Positions 28,869 to 38,893 of a DNA stretch of 64,000 bases are shown here, in pieces; positions within the stretch are counted from its first letter, which is position 1, and every line of letters starts with the position of its first letter. The notes under the pieces are model-generated. The model saw nothing but the letters and a program-made list of their open reading frames with translations, was not told where the DNA came from and did no database searches. A program made the translations under genes and the position numbers. The stretch is from the IMG/VR virus record IMGVR_UViG_3300020178_000002, positions 62,001 to 126,000 of that record. The stretch is one strand, 5' to 3'.

Positions 28869-29494
28869 GGCAACTAACAGCATCACAGAAAATCGCTATC
28901 CTTGAGAACAGAGTAGCTCAACTTGAAAAACAAGCAATGCTTGAAAGCATCTTAGCTAAGATAAAAAGCAAGTTGTCCCGATTCAAGCCCCTTAAGGTAG
29001 CTCAACATGTGGCCAAAGACTCTAAAATGACAGTGGGGAAGTTTGAAGCCTTAGCAAAAGCGAATCCAAAGGAACTTAAAGAGTTAAAGAAAGCTGTGAG
29101 GTCTTCTAATCCTCAAACCTCTATTTTAAAGCTATTAGACATTTACAATAATAAAGAAAATGCAATCTATTTGAAAAGTGTATATGGGATAGATCTTGAG
29201 TCTCAAGAAAGAACAAAGAATGCAAGGAAGCTAGTTCAGCTCAACAGTCTGCCTGACTTTGCTCTCTATTTTGGTAGTATCATAGCCTTTTTTATTTGTG
29301 ATTTCGTTGTTGAGCTTTTATTTGACTATCTCCTTGAACTGATAGCTGAAGATCTCGAGAAATCAGACAATGTATTCAGGAAACTTAAACGTGCTTGCCT
29401 CTACTTGATCTTAGCACCTACTATGGGATTACACATACTACTTTCTGGGATCAAAGAAGGGCTGAAAGCAATGAACCCTTTTGCGTTTTTTTAA
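28865..29494 (+). CDS. Leader-bearing membrane protein
   Basis: GTG start overlapping the upstream TGA; RQLTASQKIAILENRVAQLEKQA leader; two C-terminal TM segments. Confidence 0.75.
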   Translation: MRQLTASQKIAILENRVAQLEKQAMLESILAKIKSKLSRFKPLKVAQHVAKDSKMTVGKFEALAKANPKELKELKKAVRSSNPQTSILKLLDIYNNKENAIYLKSVYGIDLESQERTKNARKLVQLNSLPDFALYFGSIIAFFICDFVVELLFDYLLELIAEDLEKSDNVFRKLKRACLYLILAPTMGLHILLSGIKEGLKAMNPFAFF

Positions 29495-29507
29495 TAACTG
29501 TTTTATA
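29495..29507 (+). promoter_or_regulatory. Putative late promoter motif
   Basis: TAACTGTTTTATA, 39 nt upstream of 29547. Confidence 0.55.
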
Positions 29508-29546
29508 GTCCACACCACTTTAGACAAATCGAAGAAAGAATAAACC

Positions 29547-30425
29547 ATGAGACAACTAACAGCATCACAAAAAATCGCTATTCTTGAGAACAGAGTGGCT
29601 CAACTTGAAAAGCAAGCAATCATTCAAATGATTAAGAATCTGGGAATGAACTGGTTTAAACCTCTAATTGCAGCAGCTCAAGACCTTGTGTCCACTTTCA
29701 AGGGGTCAATTATAAGTAATAGAGATACTTTTGCTTCTGCTGCTGAAATGAACTTACAGGCGAGACTGACCGAAGCTCTCCAAAGAAATATGTTTTTTGG
29801 GAAAACCACATCAATAAGTGTTGAAAAATTTGATGCTAAAAACCCAGTAAACTCTGTTTTGAAAGTCTCCTATTCTGTAAATGGAGAACCCAGGTTTCTT
29901 GATTTCACTCTGAGTTCTGTACAGAAAATTAGAGAGATTGACAGTAAAACCCAAAAAGACATTATGGGAGCATATGTTTCATGGTGGAAAGATTGGGGTG
30001 ATTCTCTGGATATTGTAATCAATGGCAAATCTCCATCAAAAAGTATGGTTCAGAGCGTAATTGATTTTTTCTCTAGGAAGTTTAAGTTCCTTGGGAGATT
30101 GCTTTCTGCACTAGTTAAATTTGGAACAAAAATAAGAACCCTAACCCTGATCCCTACTTTAGTAGCATCTTTAATAGTTTGCCTTTGTGGACCTCTCGGC
30201 CTAGTTGTTGGTAGTACTGTAGCTATGAACCAAATTGGGTTAATGACACTACCAAAAGTTGTAGACATGATTCTTAAGATGATTGAGGGTGCTTTCAGAA
30301 GAAGAAAAGTAAACATTGATAAGTTCAATGAAATAATTGGCAAACAAGCATCTGTGAATAAGTATGCAAGTAAATACCCACACACATATTCTATGTTATT
30401 AAGACTTGAGGGTGCTGGAGTCTAA
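29547..30425 (+). CDS. Leader-bearing membrane protein (paralogue of 28020-28868)
   Basis: MRQLTASQKIAILENRVAQLEKQA; GAYVSWWKD; RRRKVN...KQAS. Confidence 0.75.
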   Translation: MRQLTASQKIAILENRVAQLEKQAIIQMIKNLGMNWFKPLIAAAQDLVSTFKGSIISNRDTFASAAEMNLQARLTEALQRNMFFGKTTSISVEKFDAKNPVNSVLKVSYSVNGEPRFLDFTLSSVQKIREIDSKTQKDIMGAYVSWWKDWGDSLDIVINGKSPSKSMVQSVIDFFSRKFKFLGRLLSALVKFGTKIRTLTLIPTLVASLIVCLCGPLGLVVGSTVAMNQIGLMTLPKVVDMILKMIEGAFRRRKVNIDKFNEIIGKQASVNKYASKYPHTYSMLLRLEGAGV

Positions 30426-30426
30426 T

Positions 30427-31053
30427 ATGAACCAGAGAGACATAAAGAATATCAGAGAAGATCTTGATCGAATTGAAAGTAAATACCAAGTCTTAGGGAG
30501 TGCTATGAACAACCCTAAGTACAGTTGGAACTTCTATTCAATTGAAGATCTTAAAGACATCCTTAAAGAGGTTGATTCTTTCCATAAAGCAGATCTTCAA
30601 AAAGCACAGTCTTGGGCTAATATAGAGCTTAATAGAATATCTACTCCAGGTAGCTTTGGGATTGATCAACTTAACTTTGGATGGCATGACCTTATTTACA
30701 AAACAAATAAGGTTTTGATGATCAAAGAATATCTCCCTGAACTTATTAAAAAAAGAGAGCGAGATAGAGATGAAGTTCTTGAGGACATCAAAGATGTAAG
30801 AGAGCTTGTTGCTAAATCATACGAAAGCGACAGTGATCCTTTGGTTAGATTAAGTCTTGAAAGACTCACTAAGAAGATAACAAGACTCAAACCAGTATTT
30901 AAAGATGTCACTGAAGAAATGAGCGAGTTAAAAAGAGACTTAGAGAGGGCTCAAGAGTTCCTACCTAAAGTTAAAAATAAGCTTAGAAAGTGGTTTAGGT
31001 TAGCAGACCAACAAGCTAGTATAAGAGTGGCTAGTAGACACCTCAAAAAATAA
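30427..31053 (+). CDS. Coiled-coil protein with C-terminal QASIRVASRHLKK tag
   Basis: GGAG RBS before ATG 30427. Confidence 0.65.
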   Translation: MNQRDIKNIREDLDRIESKYQVLGSAMNNPKYSWNFYSIEDLKDILKEVDSFHKADLQKAQSWANIELNRISTPGSFGIDQLNFGWHDLIYKTNKVLMIKEYLPELIKKRERDRDEVLEDIKDVRELVAKSYESDSDPLVRLSLERLTKKITRLKPVFKDVTEEMSELKRDLERAQEFLPKVKNKLRKWFRLADQQASIRVASRHLKK

Positions 31054-31118
31054 CACTCTTTGCTTGCCTCTTATCTTATAATAGAAAGTAACTATTAAGA
31101 TTTGAGACAAGGAGAGAT

Positions 31119-33719
31119 ATGTTTAATGATATGCTTGCAGAGCTACTCAGACCTACAATCAACCCAAAAGGTTGGATGAAGGACTGTGAGCTACTACTAG
31201 GAACTGAAAGTAATCTTGAAGAATGTATTCAAGAATGTATGAATGCACCTGATGGTGTGTATGGCTTAGACCTTGAAACAACAGGGTTAGACAATCGTGT
31301 ATTTAATGGTGTCACCAGAGACAAGATTGTGGGTGTCTGTCTTGCCCCTCATAAAGATAAAGGCTACTACTTCCCTCTTGCCCATGCGGAGGGGTCAAAA
31401 CACAATATCTCATGGAGAGTTATGGGGGATGCCCTCAAGCGTTTGTTTGATCTTGAAGTAAAGTCAGACCCTGTGTTCCATAATGCTTCTTTTGACCAAG
31501 AGTTTCTTGAGTTCAATGGGTATGTAGACAGGCTAGGCAAAGAGAGATGGGACAATCAAAAGAGGTGGCATGATACGCTTATTATCAAGTATCTTCTCAA
31601 CCCAAGAGAAAAGGGTGGTCGTGGTTTAAAGCATCTTTCTAAAGTATTGCTTGAAAGAGAGATGATTGAGCTTGAAGACCTAATGCCAGATGCTGTGGAT
31701 AAAAACTATTCTACTTTAGACCCTAGCTGGGATCCCTGTGTTTTATATGCATCAGCAGATGCCATGAACACAGTTGGAATCTTCAACATTCTGAACAAAG
31801 AGTATGAAGAAGATACAGCTCACACTAAGTTCATCTACAACCTTGAGAAGAAAACTTTGTTATGTACTCGTTGGATGATGAGGAATAGGGTTCATGTAGA
31901 CAGGAAAACAGCACTCAAGTTTTGTCAAGAGGGTCAAGAGCTTTGGTTCAATGCATTGCTTGAAGTATATGAGGGTGCTAAAGACATACTTGGTCGAGAC
32001 ATTACTCCAAACTATGTTCGTATCTTAAAAGGTGACATTAAAGGTCTGAATCTTTTCAACCACATGGAAGTAGAGGGTGCAAGCTATAAGACTCGAGTGG
32101 ATGAAGCTCGTAAGGAAGCAAACAGACTACACCCAGACACAAAAGAAACTATCACTAAGCCTGTTAAGAGGTTAAGTAGCGATAAGTTTAAAAAGGCAGA
32201 AGGCTTTGAAGATGTAGACTTCCCTTTAACCTATGATATTCTTTCACCTCAACAGTTAGGTCTGTTGTTTAGAGAGTTAGATGTTCCAGGTCTGATGGTC
32301 ACGGAGAAGTCTGGTCAAGTAGCGACAGGGAAAGATGCTATTGATTCTGTGATTGAGGAAGCCTCTGAGGGATTCCCATTCATGGCAAAGATTAAAACCT
32401 TCCGAGAGCTTGGTAAAGCATTGGGTCAGTACCTTATTCCATTCGTAGAAGATGTAGGTCCAGATGGCACACTCAAACCTAAGTTTGATCAGTTTTCTGC
32501 TGACACAGGTCGCTTTTCTTGCAAGACAAACAGTAGACCTTGGAAAGTCAAAGATGGTGGTTGTCGTGTACCATTTCAAGGTATTCCAGCCACCTATGAC
32601 AAGAACAAGCCTAAATGCATATCTAAAATGAGACAGTGTATCTCTGTAAGGGATGACAACTATTGGTTAGCGGCCATTGACTATGCAGGTGTGGAATTAA
32701 GGTTGGTGACTAACCTATCTAAAGAGCCTAAGTGGATTGATGCTTTCTTCTCTTGTTCTGAATGTGGAAAGAAATATCAGCAAGAGCTTGGTGACGATGG
32801 CTTTGTTATTGCACCACCAAGTCTTTGTTCATGTGGTTCAGATAAGATTGGTGATCTTCACACAGGTACTGCTGTTGCTTTCTATGGAGAGGGTTCAAAG
32901 AAGCAAGACAATTGGAAAGTCCTTCGTGGTAATGGTAAGGCTTGTAATTTTGCCCTTTGTTATGGTGGTACAGGCAAGGCTGTTCAAAGGTCTATTGGCT
33001 GTGACGCTAAAGAGGGTGATGAAAAGTACAGAGTCTTTACCAAGACTTACTCTGGACTTACAGGTTGGTGGTCTCAACAACATAAGTTTGCTCGAAAGGC
33101 AGGTTATGTGAAAACTGCTATGGGCAGAGTACAGCCTTTACCAGACATCAACTCTGATCAGTTTAGGTTTAAGAGTAAAGATGAACGAAAGGCATTGAAC
33201 GGACCGATTCAAGGAACAAGTGCAGATGTTACCAAGTTAGCTATGGCTCTCATTTATGAGAATGTCCAAAAGCGAGGTTGGGAAGATAAGCTGTTAATGG
33301 TTTTAACAGTCCATGACGAAATTGTATTTGAGATCCACAAAGACATTCTTAAAGAGGCTATTGAAATGATTTCAGACCTTATGACTAAGAACAATGTGGT
33401 TCAAAAAATGAATTGGCCTATTCCATTACTTGTAGACGTTGAGTTAGGTAAGGATTGGACTGTTCCTTATGACTTGAAGGACATTATGCAAGCAGATGGA
33501 GACCCAGAGCTTGTTAAAATATTTGAGGGAGAGAAGCCTGAAGAGGTTGTCGAGACAGTAGAAGCTGTGGAAGTACCTACTATTTTAACATTTGAGGTAT
33601 TGAGCCTTGATGAAGAAACAGCAGATAAAATTGCTGAGTGGATTAAAGAAAGAAAACTACTCAATGATGAGTGGGATGTGTCCTACGAGGGCAGATCAGT
33701 AAAAGTATTATTTGAATAA
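31119..33719 (+). CDS. polA: DNA polymerase family A with 3'-5' exonuclease
   Basis: LDLETTG, FHNASFD, YASADA (exo); TGRFS, DYAGVELR, GKACNFALCYG, NGPIQGTSAD, TVHDE. Confidence 0.95.
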   Translation: MFNDMLAELLRPTINPKGWMKDCELLLGTESNLEECIQECMNAPDGVYGLDLETTGLDNRVFNGVTRDKIVGVCLAPHKDKGYYFPLAHAEGSKHNISWRVMGDALKRLFDLEVKSDPVFHNASFDQEFLEFNGYVDRLGKERWDNQKRWHDTLIIKYLLNPREKGGRGLKHLSKVLLEREMIELEDLMPDAVDKNYSTLDPSWDPCVLYASADAMNTVGIFNILNKEYEEDTAHTKFIYNLEKKTLLCTRWMMRNRVHVDRKTALKFCQEGQELWFNALLEVYEGAKDILGRDITPNYVRILKGDIKGLNLFNHMEVEGASYKTRVDEARKEANRLHPDTKETITKPVKRLSSDKFKKAEGFEDVDFPLTYDILSPQQLGLLFRELDVPGLMVTEKSGQVATGKDAIDSVIEEASEGFPFMAKIKTFRELGKALGQYLIPFVEDVGPDGTLKPKFDQFSADTGRFSCKTNSRPWKVKDGGCRVPFQGIPATYDKNKPKCISKMRQCISVRDDNYWLAAIDYAGVELRLVTNLSKEPKWIDAFFSCSECGKKYQQELGDDGFVIAPPSLCSCGSDKIGDLHTGTAVAFYGEGSKKQDNWKVLRGNGKACNFALCYGGTGKAVQRSIGCDAKEGDEKYRVFTKTYSGLTGWWSQQHKFARKAGYVKTAMGRVQPLPDINSDQFRFKSKDERKALNGPIQGTSADVTKLAMALIYENVQKRGWEDKLLMVLTVHDEIVFEIHKDILKEAIEMISDLMTKNNVVQKMNWPIPLLVDVELGKDWTVPYDLKDIMQADGDPELVKIFEGEKPEEVVETVEAVEVPTILTFEVLSLDEETADKIAEWIKERKLLNDEWDVSYEGRSVKVLFE

Positions 33720-33729
33720 GGAGGGACAA

Positions 33730-34503
33730 ATGAAAGTTGAATTAGATGGTGGAAATATCACACTTTATCATGGAGACTGCACCGAAGTATTGAAGTCCCT
33801 ATCTCCAAACAGCGTAGAGGTTGCAGTTACATCACCTCCTTATAATCTTCACCTTGAGGGTGCTGAATACTCCAAATCTAAAACCGCTATGGCATGGAAT
33901 AAGAAGTATGAAGATTGGTATGATGACAATATGTCAGAGTGGATGTATCAAGGGTGGCAACAAAGCGTAGTGCATGAACTGGTGAGAGTTTGTAGAAGTA
34001 GCGTATTCTACAACCACAAGATCAGATATGCATACCATCCTCGCAACAAAGAAAGAAACCTTACAAACATATACCACCCTATGGATTGGCTGAACAAGTT
34101 TCCTATCTGGTGCGAAATCATCTGGGATAGGTGTGGTATAGGTCACCCCTGTGGTCGGTATCACATCCAGACCGAAAAGATCTATCAGATAGGCAAACCT
34201 TGTAAATGGGATAACAAAGATGGTCTGACCAACATTTGGAAGATCCCTCCATCAAAGAATAAAGGTCATGTGTGTACCTTCCCAGAAAAGCTGGTGGACA
34301 ACTGCATATTACCTACGACAGAAAAAGGTGACATAGTGATAGATCCTTTTCTGGGGTCTGGTACTACTGGGGTAGTCGCTGTTCAAAGAGGTCGTAAATT
34401 CATCGGGATAGAGAAAAATGAAAAGTTTTTTGAATTAGCTCTAAAAAACATAGAGGACGAGATTAAGAAAAGAGATTCATCTCTGTTCTTCTATGAGGGC
34501 TAA
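33730..34503 (+). CDS. DNA N4C/N6A methyltransferase, beta class
   Basis: TSPPYN, HVCTFP, DPFLGSGTT; start ATG 33730 after GGAGGG. Confidence 0.92.
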   Translation: MKVELDGGNITLYHGDCTEVLKSLSPNSVEVAVTSPPYNLHLEGAEYSKSKTAMAWNKKYEDWYDDNMSEWMYQGWQQSVVHELVRVCRSSVFYNHKIRYAYHPRNKERNLTNIYHPMDWLNKFPIWCEIIWDRCGIGHPCGRYHIQTEKIYQIGKPCKWDNKDGLTNIWKIPPSKNKGHVCTFPEKLVDNCILPTTEKGDIVIDPFLGSGTTGVVAVQRGRKFIGIEKNEKFFELALKNIEDEIKKRDSSLFFYEG

Positions 34504-34553
34504 TAAAGAAAGAAGTTATCTAAAAAAGAATAAAATTTAAGGAGGAAAGTATT

Positions 34554-34811
34554 ATGGGTAGAGGTGGTAGAAATAAAACCCCAGCAGAGAGGGCTTTAGA
34601 AGTAATTTGTACTATGGCAGGGATTCCTTTTTCAGAGTTCGAGCAACTCTTGAAAAAGTCACAGGGAGACAGAGCCAGAGAAAGGGATTTCCCAGAGTCA
34701 TCTTATGAGATGGTGAGGAAATCTTATTTTAATAACTCTTCTATATCGAAAGATGAGTGGAGAAAGCTATTTCAGCACTGTAAAGAACCTAAAAGCAACT
34801 TTGGAAAATAG
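34554..34811 (+). CDS. Hypothetical protein
   Basis: AAGGAGG RBS. Confidence 0.7.
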   Translation: MGRGGRNKTPAERALEVICTMAGIPFSEFEQLLKKSQGDRARERDFPESSYEMVRKSYFNNSSISKDEWRKLFQHCKEPKSNFGK

Positions 34812-34813
34812 AC

Positions 34814-35122
34814 ATGACAGATAGTTTTAAAGATGAGATAGAACTTCATGCGGAAGAAAATGGGCTTTCATACCATGATGCAATCTTGGATTTGGTAGCT
34901 AAAGAAAACATGATGAGTAAAGACAGAGTAATTGCTGTGGGTTTCAGCACTCATAAAGCAATGTCTCACCTGATATACAATACATGGTCTGACTTTAGGT
35001 CTTTTTCTTTAGCTTTTAATAATCTCATTCTGGCTAAATATGTTAAGCCTGCAAGATATAATAGGACTATTAGTCAAAGTTCAATGAGAAGTCTTTACAT
35101 GAACGCTAAAAGAGCAAATTAA
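34814..35122 (+). CDS. Hypothetical protein
   Basis: ORF coupled to the upstream gene. Confidence 0.6.
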   Translation: MTDSFKDEIELHAEENGLSYHDAILDLVAKENMMSKDRVIAVGFSTHKAMSHLIYNTWSDFRSFSLAFNNLILAKYVKPARYNRTISQSSMRSLYMNAKRAN

Positions 35123-35763
35123 GTTCTCTCATACTTTATAATTTCATCTACAAGGCCAAGCTCAAGGCACTTCTCTGGGTTCATCCACAGATCCCTTTTA
35201 AGAAGTTCTTTGAGCTTTTTCTTTTTGAGCTTGGTGTGCTTCAAGTAGATAGACTCTAACATTTCCATGAGTGAGTCCATAGATTCTTTCTCATCTACAA
35301 GATTCCCATAAGTACCCCAGACACCTGTACTTACTTGGTGAATAAGCATAAAGCTGTGTTCTGTGATGTGTCTTTGAGCACCAACACAAGACATGATAGT
35401 TGCAGCACTCGCAGCAGATCCTTCTACATAAGTGAAGACAGGAACTTCTGATTCTAGGATATGACTAGCACCAGCAAGTCCTGAGAATGCACACCCACCA
35501 CCAGAGTTTATGTGTAAGTGGATAGGTGGGATAGAGGGTAGGCTTAGGTCAGTCATAAGATTAACAATCTGTTGACCTACACTCCTGATAGCAATCCCAA
35601 CTTCCATTACAGACTTTGGGGTGATGTCTGCATAGAGGTAAATGTGGTTATCAGAGATAGTGATGTCACCTTGGTAATTACCCTCTTGAGAACCTGCATA
35701 TACTTGTCCCTCTGAGTTTTCATAAACTCTGCGGTTTGTTGGTCTGTTTAGATACTTATTCAT
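35119..35763 (-). CDS. clpP: ClpP-like (S14) serine protease
   Basis: INSGGG, AASAA (Ser), MLIHQ (His), RDLWM (Asp), LGLVDEI; GAGGTG RBS at ATG 35763. Confidence 0.88.
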   Translation of the reverse strand: MNKYLNRPTNRRVYENSEGQVYAGSQEGNYQGDITISDNHIYLYADITPKSVMEVGIAIRSVGQQIVNLMTDLSLPSIPPIHLHINSGGGCAFSGLAGASHILESEVPVFTYVEGSAASAATIMSCVGAQRHITEHSFMLIHQVSTGVWGTYGNLVDEKESMDSLMEMLESIYLKHTKLKKKKLKELLKRDLWMNPEKCLELGLVDEIIKYERT

Positions 35764-36182
35764 ACAGTCACCTCTCTTATGATGTGGTAACCTTCTAGCC
35801 AAGCAATGACTAAAGGTCTGAGTAATGGGTTTGTTATTGGGGAGAAGCAATCAGGCATCTTTCTATTTCCCATTTGACACTTTTTCTTATCGAATGAGAG
35901 GCAGACGTTTTGCTCATCACAATCTTTAGGTACTTTTAGCATTTTTAAGCACCCATTTGGCTCTCTAAGCCCAGAGTTTAACAAAGGAGTACAATCACCC
36001 CTAGAGGCTCTGTCTATTGTCTCTATTTCGATTTCTGGAATCAATGAGGACATTTCAAGCTCCGAGATTTCATAGTATGCCCCCCAGTTGTTTTCTGTGG
36101 GTATAATTCTAGCAATCCGAACCTCACCCCATGTAGGATCAAAAAATCTGCTGAATATAATGCCATCTCTTCTATAAGTCAT
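35760..36182 (-). CDS. Hypothetical Cys-rich protein
   Basis: Six Cys in the C-terminal half; stop overlaps the clpP start. Confidence 0.6.
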   Translation of the reverse strand: MTYRRDGIIFSRFFDPTWGEVRIARIIPTENNWGAYYEISELEMSSLIPEIEIETIDRASRGDCTPLLNSGLREPNGCLKMLKVPKDCDEQNVCLSFDKKKCQMGNRKMPDCFSPITNPLLRPLVIAWLEGYHIIREVTV

Positions 36183-36231
36183 AGATGCAACCCCCTTATT
36201 TTAATTAACAGACAAGATTTAAGGATTATTA

Positions 36232-36828
36232 ATGTCAGAAATTGAGCCTCGTTTAGTTGTTTTAGAAGGAAGTGACCGAGTTTATGAGACTTTCGTTAAG
36301 CCATACCTTTCTAAGTTTAAGTCAGTTTCTTTAACAAATGAAGATGTTAAAAAACTAAAAGACAAGGTAGAAGCGATCAAGAAAGTAAAAGAAAAAGAAT
36401 ACTGGTTTGATTCAGGGTCTATGGAAAAGAGATGGATGACAGGTTGGGGTGGAGAACTTGCTGTTGAAAAGTATCTGGGCTTGAAAGTTGCAGACTTCAC
36501 TATTGGCAAAGCATACAACTATGCTTACTCTGACTTAAAAGAAGCAGGGTATGATGTAGGTGTTAAAACCTGTAATGAGGGAGACTTCCCTTTATTAAAA
36601 AAGCCTAGTGTATCTAGTCAAATCAATACTGAGATCTTTGTGATGAAAAGAGATGATCTTAATTATTTGATTTGTGGTCTTGGTTCTCGAGAAGTTTTGA
36701 ACAACCCAAAAAACTATTCTTCGCTTCTTGTAAGAAGCCCTTCTGTTAGACATAAAGCCTGCTTCTATAGGTTTGATCTATTGAAGCATGACTTTAGCCT
36801 TGAAGATCTTAGAGAGTATTGTTCTTAA
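36232..36828 (+). CDS. Putative PD-(D/E)xK-like nuclease
   Basis: GELAV...SD......DVGVKT resembles the E..D..xVK pattern, but is degenerate. Confidence 0.45.
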   Translation: MSEIEPRLVVLEGSDRVYETFVKPYLSKFKSVSLTNEDVKKLKDKVEAIKKVKEKEYWFDSGSMEKRWMTGWGGELAVEKYLGLKVADFTIGKAYNYAYSDLKEAGYDVGVKTCNEGDFPLLKKPSVSSQINTEIFVMKRDDLNYLICGLGSREVLNNPKNYSSLLVRSPSVRHKACFYRFDLLKHDFSLEDLREYCS

Positions 36829-38893
36829 ATCTTCTACTTAGTCCAGAGAACCCGTGATTCTTTTTTTGATTGTAAACACAAGTAGCTAAAGCACCAGAAT
36901 CACCCACAAGGTATACTTCATCTTTCGCTCTTGTTATAGCAGTATATAGTAAAGACCTTTGCAATAAGTTAGAGCTACAGCTACTGACTAAAGGCATGAT
37001 AATAAGGTCATACTCCAGACCTTGGCTTTTATGTACAGTGGTAGCATAAGCAAGTCTTAAGATTTTCGATACTTGGTCTCTAGGGATAGAAACTATTTGA
37101 TCTTGCACACCTTTAATCAGAACATCAACAGAGCTTTTGTTAATGCCACAAATACGACCAACATCTCCATTAAAGACCTCTAAGTCATATTCATTCTTGG
37201 TGATCATTACTCGGTCACCCTCTCTCAAGGTGTCTTTTCCAATTTTTAAACGAGAGCCTCCAATGTCAGGATTGAGAACAGACCTCAACTCTTTGTTTAA
37301 GTTGGTCACACCTAACAGGCCATGATGTGTAGGGCTTATAACATGAAAGTCCACATCATCTATATGGAAGTCTCTACAAAGAGAGATGATAGCTTCTAGT
37401 GCTTTTTGTTCTGACTCTTTCTCTAAAAAGTGAAACTCAGTATTACTTTGGGGAGTGATTCCATTATGAACATCATGTGCTGCTTGTGTGACTCCAGAGC
37501 CTTCACCTTGTCTAAAGACTTCCACAAGGTGTGTTCTTGGTACACTTTGACTTTCAATAATATCGGAAAGAACAAAGCCAGCACCTACAGGTGGTAGCTG
37601 TGCAATGTCTCCAACCATAATAACTCTACACTTAGGTGCTATCCCTCTCATCATTCTCCACATGAGGTGAAGATCTACCATAGAGGACTCATCAATAATC
37701 AGAACAGTTTCTGTTCTAGGGTTATTAATGTGATGTTTCCAGATTTCAGCTCTAGGGTTTACTTTTGTTAGGATAGGTTTTAGGTTTTCTGATTCTTCTT
37801 CTTTTTTAATTCCCTCATAGTCTGACTTCTTTTCATCAGATTCAGAGGGCTGACCTGCACCAAAAGCTCTATGTATAGTTACAGCTTTAACACCTGAGAG
37901 TATGGTAGCTCTTTTTGCAGCGATTCCTGTGGGTGCGACAAGTAAGATTTGTTCTTGGTAATCAATTAGGATTTTGCAGATAGTAGACAAGATAGTTGTT
38001 TTACCTGTACCAGGCAAACCTGTGACTATAGAGAAAGGTTCAGTGATTCCTTGTCTTATTGCATTAACTTGAGTGTCTGTAAGATTGTATCTAGTATAGC
38101 TCTTTATTTCTTCATCAGAGATTTCGATTCCAGATTGCTTTCTAACAGGAGAAGTGACTAAGCTTGCTACTTCTTCTTCCATTTGATGATAAGCGGGCAA
38201 ATAAAGGCATTTCTTGCTCTCATTCCTATCAATAATCATCTTTGGAGGGTCACACTCGACCATTTCTTTTATGCACTTTGCAATTTCAGTAGGTTCAGTG
38301 ATTCCTGTAAGTAGAGAAGCATCTCTAAAAACAGTATTACTATCTAAGAAACAGTTGCCTTGTTGTACTCCTTGAGCCATAGACCAGAAGATGCAGGCTT
38401 GAACTCTATATGGGTTAGTGATGTTATACTTATCTTCCATAAGAGTTTTAGCAATAGCATCAGCACCTTGAAAAGAAACACCTTTGTAAACAAGATACCA
38501 AGGATTTTCTTTAATCATATCAGGATTGCTTTTGATTTCTCTCCACAAGCTATTGATGATACTAACAGGTATGCCAGAATCTACAAGAGAGCTAATAAGT
38601 TCTAATGAGGATTCCATTTCTGGGTTAGACCACTCAGCCCATTGGGTGAGAGCAGTTCCTTTTAGAAACTTTGGGTTAATAGGGTTTCGAGAGATCTCAA
38701 GAACAGGCTTATTGTTTTTATCTAGCTTTCGTTTGCCTGAAAAAGTAAAGACAGAGCCACTAGAAACAGGTCCTACAACATTTCCTTTAACAACAATAGG
38801 TTCTGTTCCTATTTCTGAAGCTACAATACACCTAAGAATATAATAAGGTGGGTTTGCAAATATTTGGCTTAAAACTTTACTGGCATAATACAT
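36809..38893 (-). CDS. recD2: RecD2-like SF1B helicase
   Basis: TGLPGTGKTT, DESSM, GDIAQLPPVG, VFRQ, AYATTVHKSQG, LYTAITRAK; N-terminal NPW.L/HhH region; AAGGAG RBS at ATG 38893. Confidence 0.92.
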   Translation of the reverse strand: MYYASKVLSQIFANPPYYILRCIVASEIGTEPIVVKGNVVGPVSSGSVFTFSGKRKLDKNNKPVLEISRNPINPKFLKGTALTQWAEWSNPEMESSLELISSLVDSGIPVSIINSLWREIKSNPDMIKENPWYLVYKGVSFQGADAIAKTLMEDKYNITNPYRVQACIFWSMAQGVQQGNCFLDSNTVFRDASLLTGITEPTEIAKCIKEMVECDPPKMIIDRNESKKCLYLPAYHQMEEEVASLVTSPVRKQSGIEISDEEIKSYTRYNLTDTQVNAIRQGITEPFSIVTGLPGTGKTTILSTICKILIDYQEQILLVAPTGIAAKRATILSGVKAVTIHRAFGAGQPSESDEKKSDYEGIKKEEESENLKPILTKVNPRAEIWKHHINNPRTETVLIIDESSMVDLHLMWRMMRGIAPKCRVIMVGDIAQLPPVGAGFVLSDIIESQSVPRTHLVEVFRQGEGSGVTQAAHDVHNGITPQSNTEFHFLEKESEQKALEAIISLCRDFHIDDVDFHVISPTHHGLLGVTNLNKELRSVLNPDIGGSRLKIGKDTLREGDRVMITKNEYDLEVFNGDVGRICGINKSSVDVLIKGVQDQIVSIPRDQVSKILRLAYATTVHKSQGLEYDLIIMPLVSSCSSNLLQRSLLYTAITRAKDEVYLVGDSGALATCVYNQKKNHGFSGLSRRFKNNTL

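Noticed and set aside
32751-32861. Intein in PolA
   Set aside because: The insertion is only about 35 aa and lacks the C-terminal HN-[CST] splice motif.
35119-35763. ClpP-like gene as the protease that cuts the K-x-A tags
   Set aside because: Not supportable here. It lies among replication genes with no late motif and no adjacent capsid genes; the real prohead protease is probably outside the window. Not excluded.
36232-36828. Restriction endonuclease paired with the MTases
   Set aside because: The nuclease motif is degenerate and the gene is not adjacent to any MTase; orphan MTases are common in phages.
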